This document shows, in pieces, positions 53,311-64,000 of a DNA stretch of 64,000 bases. Position numbers and translations under genes: made by a program. The DNA is taken from positions 1,054,001 through 1,118,000 of the forward strand of contig NC_081355.1 in assembly GCF_030684315.1 (NCBI RefSeq), given 5' to 3'. Within the stretch, counting starts at the first letter, position 1. The number at the start of each line of letters is the position of its first letter. The notes beneath the pieces are model-generated. The model did no database searches. It was not told the origin of the DNA and saw nothing but the letters and a program-made list of their open reading frames with translations. Source of the stretch: Stegostoma tigrinum (lineage: Eukaryota).

Positions 53311-56300
53311 CTCTTTCTCCCCACTCTAACTTACTCCATTACATCCATCTCTGTCCTAGGCTCATGGTTCGCCACTCTCACTGCTGTATGTGACATCTTT
53401 CCTTACTCACTGTCAACAAGCTCATCCCTCAACACTACTAACACTCCTTACCTTCTGCATTTCCTTAGAAAATCTCCTCACCTTTCCTGACTGACAAAGC
53501 AGCAGTCCCCTGACTGACTATAACTCCCAGTGACTATGTATTTCTGCTAAACATGACAGGCTGCCCAGCTATCTGCCTGACACAAGGAAAGGCAGAGAAG
53601 CTGTGAGCATTCAAGTGAGTGAGTGAGTGCCAAGCTAACTGTCCTGAGGCACATTGTTACACTGATCGTTAGTGTAGCTCCTAGCACATTCATGGTTGCT
53701 CAGTGGATGTTGCCACACCAAGAGTAGACATTTATTTTTGAGTTTTGCACATGCAGGCAGGATGTGTCAAGACTAATTTAAAAGGAAAATGCTTTGGTGA
53801 CATATCAGTTACGACTCGTTGGGTTATCTCACTGGAAACTGAGCCCTTTTGAGATGTTTCTTCAGAATTACAGTGAGGTTTGAGATTTGACTGCAGAGAA
53901 CAGAGAGACTGTTCTTGAGGTGGGGAGAACTGAACATGTTCTCTCTCTTTGTAACTTCTCCCCAACTCCAAGCTGTTCAATTATCTGAGAAAGAATCACA
54001 CTGTTGGTGGCTGGCAAACAAGTATCTAATTCATGACCAAACAAATTTTTGCTCCCAGCAAAAATCATATCAGTGCCCTATCCCTCTTCGCTCAAAATCA
54101 TCTGCAGCTCTACTGCAATGAGTATCAAGTTACTTACTCTTCAAAACACACAGTGCCCTTGCAAACATTGATTTTTGAAACAGTTCTTTCTCTTTTCAGT
54201 CCTCAGTTCTCAAATAGAACACAGGATTATAAAAGACAAATTCCTAATGTGTCTCTCTTTTCAACAATAACAAATTTTTGTAATACACTGGAATATTAAT
54301 ATTCTCCCAATTATATATATTATAAAGTCTCAAATACCTTTTATTTACCTTTCATAGTGAATTTGTAGCATATGCTTAAACTATGAGTATTTATTGATTT
54401 ACTTATGGTTCTCTCTAAAGCTGAATTATTCACTTCAATAAGTCATTTCTGCACTTTCTGTCTCAAGAGTGCAGTTGTGATCTGTACTCTTGTGCAAGTG
54501 GTAAAGGGAACGGTCCCTGAAATTTCCTTTTGATCCAGACCTTGTCGATTGACTGACTCTACCTGACATGTCTGGATAGCATCAAAATGTACATCTTTAT
54601 CCCACACATAGCCTATCACAAACAGGAGGGCCTCTCAACAATCGAACACAAGTTTCAACAATGCAGTGAATTATGATTCTATATTTAATACCTTATGCTG
54701 TATTAGAGATAAGCTAAGAAATGTGTTATTTCCTACATGGTAATATGGAAACTGAAATTCCATTACTTCTCTTTCTCATACATCCCCAATTTCTTTACTG
54801 GAGTTGGAAATCTGTGTTCTATCTCTGCTTTGTATTCATGTTCTCTTCCACAAGTGCCCACACCCTCCACTGCTGGCCCAGACATATACCATCAATTGTA
54901 GCCATTATCCTTACACTGCACCTTCCAATCCCATGACCTGTACTACGTAGATTGACAAGTGTGCCAGAGACCTGTAAACACCACACCCACACATTTCCTT
55001 TCAGGTCATACATGGTCCTGACTTGGAAATGTATCATCATTGCTTCATTGTGAAAATCCTGGATGTGCCTCCCTAACAGCAATATGAGCATCCCTACATT
55101 CCAAGAACAACACTGATTTGAGAAGGTAGCTCACCAACACCTTCAATGCATTAGGGGTGGGAAAAAATGTCAGCCTTCACAATGTCACACACATCCTGTC
55201 AAGGATAATTTTTAAAAATAATTCTATGATCTGAATATGATCTGTATATTTACTGCAAGGTCAGCAGGCATTGGAATTACAGTGGGTTCTTTAGTAGCAG
55301 TTTGTAAATCCGAAATTCTCCAAGTAATATATGAGGAATACGTGCATGCCTCATGTTGTCCTACACAGGAATACATCAGTGCAATTTAAATAAGCATTTT
55401 TTCTTTTTAAAGCTTCAGATCATGACATTGTTTAAGATCTCAAAAAAATATGCAGCAATTGAGGAAAGAAACATCACAGCGACAGATTTAAAACCTGTCA
55501 TCGTGTTGGAAAGAGACAGAGCTATTTGTAGCAATTGCATGCCCCAAATCTGCCGTACAATCTCACTTCATTGCTCCCACGTGTGAGGCACAGATGCCAT
55601 TTTTATTTGCATGGTTTGTGTTTATTTTAATTTTAATTGTTGTAAATATAGATTGCATTTTCAATGTTGAGCACCATCTTTTGTATTTTACATAATGCTG
55701 GCATTTATCGCAGTCAGGAATTTGTGAGTCAGAGGACATTACTATTATTTGCCATGGATTTGCTTATGTGAGACATTCACGAAGAGGCAAAGTTTTACTG
55801 GCTGTGCATACATCTTCCTGCATTGTTCACTGCTACTTCTGCTGCCTCCAGTGTGACGCTACTCTCCAACCAATACTGCTCCCTGCACATTGAGATTCAG
55901 TCTGGAGTATCTCGGGCAGTAGATACCAAGCCTGCTTTGTCTTTAACTCTATCATTAAGTTAGATTCTTCAACTCATCATATATGCTAACACTATTATTC
56001 ACATCTGTCTGTGTTGTTATCAAATATACCTCTCTGGTGAGATGCTCTTTCTAGAAGGGTGTTTTCTCTCTTACCTACATCAGAGCCATGATTTACTTGA
56101 ATCTCTTTTGGCCGCATTTAGCTTTCTAGTGAAGTTCAGGCGATGTAACACCTGTTCTTTTTATCTTCTCCCTTCACAGTGAAATCTCTAACACTTCCTC
56201 CAAGTGAAATGATACTTTGCCTGCATTTCTTTCAATCTGGCTTATCGTACTGTCACTTACAATGTGGTGTCCTTAGCACTGGGAAGGTTAAACGTAGAAT

Positions 56301-57714
56301 ACTCTGCAGAATTGTTCCAATCCATCTGCAATCTTCCAGCAACCTATGATTTCAATTCTCCACCTTGCTCCCATTTTGATAAACAAAGAATGAGAGTGTG
56401 TAGGTTTAGACTGATGTGCAGACAAAACAAGGGTGATGTGAAAAAAGGAGTTCACACAGCATGTATTAGGGTCTGGAATGCACTGCCTGGAAATATGGTG
56501 AATGTAGGTTCAATTGAGATATTCAAGAGGGACAATGGATTATTATTTGTGCAAAGATATGGGAAAACTGCAGTAGATTGGCACTGGGGAGTGATGCTCA
56601 TCTGAAGGGCCAGTACATGTACAATGGGCTGAATAGCCGCCCTCTGTAACAGAACAATTATGTGACTCTGTGATAATTTTACACCACAACCTCTACCCGC
56701 TCTTTGTCTCTCTCTTTCTGTTTGATTTTACTGATTTCACATCAGAAAAAAACACTGATTCAAAATCCAGCTGTGCTTATCTTCTCAAGGCACAACCTGT
56801 TCCATTCCACTCAGTTTTGTTTTGCAACATGGAACCTGTAATCATTTAATCACTCCTGCTCTCCATCAATCACAGACCTTCCTTTTTGCCCTTTATCCCA
56901 CATTCACTTTCTCTGAACCCAATTGCATTTCCAACATTTCCCAGTTGTGTTGAGAGGGTCACAGATATGAAAAGTTAATGCTGTTTGTCTCCACAGATGC
57001 TGTTGAATCATTGCAGATGTTTTTGTTTTGATCCCTGGGAGTATGTTTGGAAGCTGCCTATCTAATAGCATTGTGAGAATACCTTCACTCCACAAACTGC
57101 AGTGTTTTAAAAAGTTGGCTCAGGCTGTGAAAGACAATATCGCAGGTACCAATATAGACTCACTTTTCTGAGAATGGATATGATTTTTGTTTAAGAGGAT
57201 AAGATTAGACCAGGTAATTATAATGCCCGGAATTAAGCAGTCTGAGATCACTCACCTTCCTCATTCACACATTACAAATAGCAACATGAGCAAGATTATT
57301 CTCCGTTCTACCCAGCAACAAACGGGAAAAGAAGAATTTCTGATTAATGGAAGGGCTGTTTATGTGACTGTGGGAGAAGTTTTGTGCAGTAAAGTGTTCA
57401 GAGGCACCAGTTGCTCTTTTTTCAAAGGATCTTCATTTAAACAATGCAATGATTCACTCCAGACTGAGGTCATATACTATGGGATTCTGAACTGGCAACC
57501 ACTGAGTGTAACCTCCAATTACAGCCACAGAAGTAATTCTACCGATATTGAATTATCCATTTCTGCACCAACCTAAATAGTTCTGGCAGTGTCAGTAGGA
57601 AGACAGCAGAGTTCATGTTTTGAGCCCGATGACTCTCCATCAGAACTGTTAGCAACTGGGAATAGGTGCTATATGCCGAAAATATGCTGAAACCGAAGTC
57701 GTTGGGTAGGGGTA

Positions 57715-58146
57715 CGTTTGAAGACTCTGAGACTATACTCATTGGAGTTTAGAAGGATGAGGGGGGATCTAATTGAAACTTACATAACACTGAATGGCCT
57801 GGACAAAGTGGATGCTGGGAAAATGTTTCCATTGGTTGGAAAGTCTAGGACCCAAGGGCACAGCCTTAGAGAAAAAGGAGGACCTTTTAGAACGGAGATA
57901 AGAAGAAGCTTCCTCAGCCAGAGAGTGGTGAATCTATGGAATTCACTGCCACAGAAGGCTGTGGAGACCAGGTCATTGGGTATAGTTAAGACTCAGGTAG
58001 ATAGGTTCTTGATTAGCAAGGAGATCAAGGGTTACAGGGAGAAAGCAGGAGAATAGGGTTGAGGAACTTATCAGCCATGATTGAATGGCAGATTAGACTC
58101 GATGGGCTGAAAGGCCTAATTTCTGCTCCTGTGTCTTATGGTCTGA
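57715..58146 (+). mobile_element. CR1 LINE 3' end
   Basis: LYSLEFRRMRGDLIETY..SQRVVNLWNSLPQ, then the 3'UTR ending TCTTATGGTCT. Confidence 0.93.
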
Positions 58147-58229
58147 TGGGTGAGGGAAGACTATGTGGAGATTGAACCGAGAGAGAGTGACAGACTTATA
58201 TGAAAGGAGTAGGTAAACAAGGAGATTAA

Positions 58230-59842
58230 GTAGGCCGTGACAGAAATCTTTGGGGCCAGTGATCATAATTCTATTACTTTTAAAATAATTATGCAGAAGG
58301 ATAGGCCTGATCTGACAGTTACAGTTCTTAGTTGGAAGAAGGCCAATTTTGCTGGTATTGAACAGGAACTTTTAAAAGTTGATTGAGGAGGGTGTTTGCA
58401 GGTAAAGGCTGGTAGGTTGGAGGCTTTCAGACGTGAAATAACAAGAGTTCAAGGCCAACATTTTCCTGTCAGTGTGAAGGGTAAGGCTGGCAGGAGTAGG
58501 GAACACTGAATGAATAGAAATATTGAGGATCTGCTAGAGATAAAGGAGGCATACACCAGGTATAGACAGCCAGGATCAAATGAGGAGTCTAGGAAGTGTA
58601 GGAATACACCTAATAGGGAAATCAGGTGGGCAAAACGGGTACATGAAGTAGCTTTGGCAGATAGGGTAAAGGAGAAGCCAAAGAATGGAATAGAATAGTC
58701 TTTATTGTCATGTGGATTTGAATGAGTGCAGTGAAAAGTTTGTATTGTCGTCCCTCAGTGCCATCTTAGGTACAGGGTACTGAGGTACAGATACTTTAAA
58801 TGTTGTTACAGAATGGAAATAGTAGAAGTAAATAGACTGTCAATGGAAATATGGAAGTTAAAAATCCCAGAATGATAATAAAAGATACCTGTAAAGTAGT
58901 GATCAGAGATAATGGGAACTGCAGAAGCTGGAGATTCCAAGATAACAAAGTGTGGAGCTGGATGAACACAGCAGGCCAAGCAGCATCTCAGGAGCACAAA
59001 AGCTGGCGTTTTGGGCCTTTTGGCTCCTCAGGTGCTGCTTGGCCTGCTGTGTTCATCCAGCCCCACACTTTGTTATCTTAAACCTGTAAAGTACTCCACT
59101 GAGGCTGTGCTTGCTTCAGAACACAAGTCCTAACAGCCTGCACAAGATAACCTCTGTCCCAGACTCACACCCAGAACACGTCTCCCCGGCTGGCCTGCGC
59201 TTGCTCTGATCCTGCTCCAGGCTCTGGCCTACAACTCGCTTCTGAGCCTTGGCCTGCAATTGCTGCGCTCCCACTCTGGCTGCAACTTGATCCTGAGACT
59301 CAGCCCATGATCACTCTCCTCCCCACTCTGGTAGGTGCTCACTTCCAGGACTCAGGCCCTCTGAACTCAGCTGTTCTCAGTCTCTGTTCTCCATTCCCCC
59401 CAGAGAGTGTACTTCAAGAAGTTAAAAGGTTGGGGGGGAGTAGGGTGGGTGAAGAAAAGTGCAACAGATTCTTCAAATACATTAAGGACGAAAGAGTGAC
59501 GGGGGACAGGATAGGGTCCCCTAAAGATCAGTGAAGTTGTCTGTGTGTGGAACCACAGGAGATGGGTGAGATACTCAACAAATATTTCACCTCAGTATTT
59601 ATGTGGAGAATGACATGAAAACTAGGGAAATTAGGGAAATAAATAGCGATGTCTTGAAAGGAGTTCATATTACAAATAGAAGTTTCTAGAGGCCTTAAAA
59701 TGTGTAAGCATAGATAAATCATCTGGACTTGAGCAGTGTGTCCCAGAACACTGTGGAAAGTTAAAGAAGAGATTGCTGGGCTTGTTCCTGAGACATTTGT
59801 ATGATCAATCGCCACGAGTGAGATGCTGAAAGACTGGGGGAC
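58230..59842 (+). mobile_element. Older CR1 ORF2 middle region, left part, with nested retroposon (~58685-59400) and PLE fold-back (58905-59079)
   Basis: REIRWAKRVHEVALADRVKE and RFFKYIK..IGSPKDQ motifs; the element continues at 63724. Confidence 0.8.
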
Positions 59843-59937
59843 AGACAATAGACAATAGACAATAGGTGCTGGAGTAGGCCATTCGGCACTTCGAGCCAGC
59901 ACCACCATTCATTATGATCACGGCTGATCATCCACAA

Positions 59938-62760
59938 TCAGTATCCTGTTCCTGCCTTATCCCCATAACCCTTGATTCCACTATCTTTGAGAGCTCTATC
60001 TATCTCATTCTTGAAAGTATCCAGAGAGTTGGCCTCCAATACCTTCTGAGGCAGAGCATTCCATATATCCACCACTCTCTGGGTGAAGAAGTTTCTCCTC
60101 AACTCTGTTCTAAATGGCCTTCCCCTTATTTTTAAACAGTGTCCTCTGGTTCTGGACTCATCCATCAGCGGAAACATGCTTCCTGCCTCCAGAGTGTCCA
60201 ATCCCTTAATAATTTTATATGCCTCTATCAGGCCCCTTCTCATCCTCCTAAACTCAAGTGTGTACAAGCCCAGTCGCTCCAATCTTTCAACATATGATAG
60301 TCCCCCCATTCTGGGAATTGACCTCGTGAACCTACGCTGCATTCCCTCAAGAGCAAGAATGTCCTTCCTCAAATTTGGAGACCAAAACTGCACACAATAC
60401 TCCAGGTGCGGTTTCACCAGGGCCCTGTACAGCTGCAGAAGGACCTCTTTGTTCCTATATTCAATTCCTCTTTTTATGAAGGCCAGAATGCCATTAGCTT
60501 TCTTCACTGCCCGCTGTACCTGCATGCTTGCTTTCATTGACTGATGTATAAGAACACCTAGATATCGTTGTGCTTCCCCTTTACCTAACTTGACTCCATT
60601 GAGATAGTAATCTGCCTTCCTGTTCTTGCCACCAAAGTGTATAACCATACATTTATCCACATTAAACTGCATCTGCCATGCATCCATCTACTCACCTAGC
60701 CTGTCCAAGTCACCCTGTATTCTCATAACATCCTCCTCACATTTCACACTGCCACCCAACTTTGTGTTATCGGCAAATTTGCTAATATTACTTTTAATGC
60801 CTTCATCTATATCATTAATATATATCGTAAATAGCTGCGGTCCCAGCACCAATCCTTGAGGAACACCACTGGTCACTGCCTTCCATTCCGAAAGGGACCC
60901 GTTTATCACTACTCTTTGCTTCCTGTCAGCCAGCCAATTTTCAATCCAACTCAGTATTTTTCCCCCAATACCATGCACCCTAATTTTGTCACCAATCTTC
61001 TATGCGGGACTTTGTCGAAGGCTTTCTGAAAGTCCAGGTACACTACATCCACTGGTTCTCCCTTACCCATCTTCATAGATACATCCTCAAAAACTTCCTG
61101 AAGATTAGTCAAGCACGATTTCCCCTTCTAAATCCATGCTGACTCTGGCCTATTCTGTCACTGCTATCCAAATGATTTGTGATTTCATCTTTTATAATTG
61201 ACTCCAGCATCTTTCCCGCCACTGATTTCAGGCTAACCAGTCTCTCATTCCCTGTTTTCTCTCTCCCTCCTTTCTTGAAAAGTGGGACAACATTTGCCAC
61301 CCTCCAGTCTGCGGGAACTGATCCTGAATCTATAGAACCTTGGAAAATAATTACCAACGCGTCCACAATTTGTAGAGCCACCTCCTTAGGTACACTGGGA
61401 TGCAGACCATCAGGTCTCGGGGACTTATCGGCCTTCAGGCCTAACAGTCTATCCAACACCATTTCCTGCCTAATGTAAATTCCCTTCAATTCGTCCATTA
61501 CCCCCGGTCCTTCAGCTACTACTGCATCTGGGAGATTGCTTGTGTCTTCCCTAGTGAAGACAGATCCAAAGTACCTATTCAACTCTTCTGCCATTTCTTT
61601 GTTCCCCGTAATAAATTCACCCGTTTCTGACTTCAAGGGCCCAACTTTTGTCTTAACCATTTTTTTTCTTTTCACATACTTAAGAAAGCTTTTACTACGC
61701 TTCTTTATATTGTTGGCCAGTTTTCCTTCATAGCTCATTTTTTCTCTGTGTATTGCCTTTTTAGTTATCCGCTGTTGCTCTTTAAAAGCTTCCCAGTCCT
61801 CCGGCTTCCCGCTCATCTTTGCTATGTTATACTTCTTGTCTGTTATCTTTATAGAGTCCTTAACTTCCCTCGTCAGCCACGGCCGCCCCCACCTCCCCTT
61901 AGGATCTTTCTTCCTCTTTGGTATGAACTGATCCTGCACCTTCTGCATTATATCCAGAAATACCTGCCATTGTTGTTCCACTGCCATCCCTGCTACGGTA
62001 TTGAACCATTGAACTTTGGCCAGCTCCTCCCTCATAGCTCCATAGTTCCCTTTATTCAACTGCAATGCTGACATTTACAATTCTCCCTTCTCCCTCTCAA
62101 ACTGCAGATTAAAACTTACCATATTATGGTCACTACATCCTAATGGCTCCTTTACTTCGAGGTCCCTGATCAAATCCAGTTCATTCCACAACACTAGATC
62201 CAGAATTGCCTCCTCCCTGGTAGAGTCCAGTACAAGCTGTTCTAAGAATCCATCTCGGAGGCACTCCACAAACTCCCTTTCTTGGGTCCAGTACCATCCT
62301 GATTCTCCCAGTCTACCGCATGTTGAAACCTACCATAACAACTGTAGTGATACCTTTGTGACAGGCCAATTTCAACTCTTGATTCAACTTGCACCCTACA
62401 TCCTGACTACTGTTTGGGGGCCTGTAGATAACTCCCATTAAGGTAATTCTACCCTTAGAATTTCTCAGCTGTATCCATACTGACTCTACATCTCCAGATT
62501 CTATGTCCCCTCTTGCAAGGGACTGAATATCATTCCTCACCAAAAGGGCCACCCCACCCCCTCTGCCCACCAGTCTGTCCTTTCGATAGCACGTTTCGCC
62601 TTGAATATTCATTTCCCAGGCCATGCCCACTTGATGCCACGTCTCCGTTATCCCCACAACATCTTACTTGCCAACTTGCAACTGAGCCTCAAGCTCATCC
62701 ACCTTATTACTTGTGCTTCGTGCATTCATATATAATATTTTCAATTTGTTTCTCCCTCAC
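59938..62760 (-). pseudogene. CR1 ORF2 (APE endonuclease + reverse transcriptase), broken by stops and frameshifts
   Basis: GITETW, GGGVALLV, YRPPN, LDLVL, SDHN, GVPQG..LGPQLF, FADNTK and PHLEYCVQFW, spread over five ORF pieces. Confidence 0.95.
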
Positions 62761-63063
62761 ACTTCCTATCAATCTCTGTTTCACTTGGCCATACTGTACA
62801 ATCCCTTCTTGAGTTTTCTGCTCTGTTGATTCTGTTGTCTTTCTAAACTTCTCTTATTCTCACTTTCCCTTTAACGTGATTCTTAAATTTCCAGTTTGAC
62901 CCCTCCCCCCCACTACTTAGTTTAAACACACCTGTGTTGCAGTGGCAAACCTGCCTGCCAGAATGCTGGTCCCTCACCTATTAAGATGCAAACCATCCCT
63001 TTTGTATAATTTATTCTTACCCCAAAACATACCCCAGTGATCCAAGAATTTAAATCCTTGCTT

Positions 63064-63723
63064 CTAGCACCAGGCCCTCAGCCACACGTTCAAGTCCATT
63101 ATCTCTCTGTTCCTGCCCTCTCCAGCCTGAGGAACTGGAAGCAAACAGGAGATAACTACCCTGGAAGCCCTGCTTTTCAGCCTTCTTCCGAGTTCTCTGA
63201 AGTCCCGCTGTAGAATGCTACTCCTTTTCTTCCCAACGTCATTAGTGCCGACATGCACCACTATCTCTGGCTCTTCACCTTCACCCTCAAGGATTGTCTG
63301 CACTCTATCAGTGATGTCCTGGGTCCTGGCACCAGGAAGGCAACACACCATCCTCAAATCTAGCCTGTTGCCGCAGAAACCCCTGTCAGTCCCTCTCACA
63401 ATGGAGTCCCTTATTACCACAGTTCTCTGTGATGTCTGACTTCTCGGCTCTGCCTTGACACCAATTTTTGACTCGCAGACCTGTCCACCTCTCGGACTGG
63501 CAGTGTCGTCTGTCTTGGAAACTGTTGAGACAGTCAGCTTGTTTACAATGTGTGCTTCTCCTGGGGTCTCTTGTACTTCATTCATGTCTTCCTTCATCAT
63601 CGACATCCCCCTTCTCTCTTCAGGTATCCTCGGTGTAATGACCTCACTGAAGGTCCTGTCCAGAAAATTCTCATTCTCTTGGATGAACCTGAGGTCATCT
63701 AGTTCTTTCTTCAGGACTGCAGG
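63064..63723 (-). pseudogene. CR1 ORF1, SGNH esterase-like domain
   Basis: VVIRDSIVRG (the GDS motif altered to RDS), CCLPGAR and VVHVGTND. Confidence 0.92.
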
Positions 63724-64000
63724 AATGGTCAATATTGTACCATTGCTCATGTTTGGCTTCAAGGAAAAGTCAGAGAACTGTAAAAAGGTAAGTCTGATGT
63801 CAGTGGTAGCTACACTGTTGGGAGGATTCTAAGAGATAGAAGTTACATGCTTTTGGAAAGGCAATGACTGATTTTGGATAGTCACAATCACAATATTGAG
63901 TTTTTTGAGGAGGTCACCAAGAAGATAGATGATGTCAGAGCAGTAGATATTGTCGACATAGACTTTAACATGGCCTTCAGAACGGTCCCACATGGTAGGC
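63724..64000 (+). mobile_element. Older CR1 RT region, right part
   Basis: VNIVPLL, VSLMSVV and EFFEEVTKKIDDVRAVD continue the element interrupted at 59842. Confidence 0.8.

Larger units (their letters stand above)
59843..63723 (-). mobile_element. Near full-length CR1 LINE (5'-truncated within ORF1)
   Basis: (TATTGTC)3 tail at 59843-59864, then 3'UTR, ORF2 (APE + RT) and esterase ORF1, all collinear. Confidence 0.96.

Noticed and set aside
57187-57576. 129-aa ORF as a host exon
   Set aside because: No recognisable domain, a non-ATG start and no convincing splice context.

Overview
Vertebrate, AT-rich, repeat-dense genomic DNA, most likely from a shark or other elasmobranch. This is inferred from an HE1-type SINE and from the CR1 and Penelope families present. 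I found no convincing host protein-coding exon, so the window looks intergenic or deep intronic; the long ORFs are decayed transposon sequence or low-complexity read-through. Contents: a ~3.9 kb CR1 LINE nested in an older CR1, many CR1, Rex/Babar and SINE fragments, several Penelope-like elements (PLEs, RT + GIY-YIG) with minimal hammerhead motifs, short fold-back PLE derivatives with target duplications, three Harbinger Myb/SANT relics, a minisatellite and TE-free islands that may be regulatory. The best finding is at 6180-6272: 25 nt of 28S rRNA (the R2 target region) fused to an essentially complete HDV-like ribozyme of the vertebrate R2 type. It starts exactly at the predicted self-cleavage site but lies outside rDNA, with no R2 ORF in the window. 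Repeat boundaries were read by eye and are approximate.
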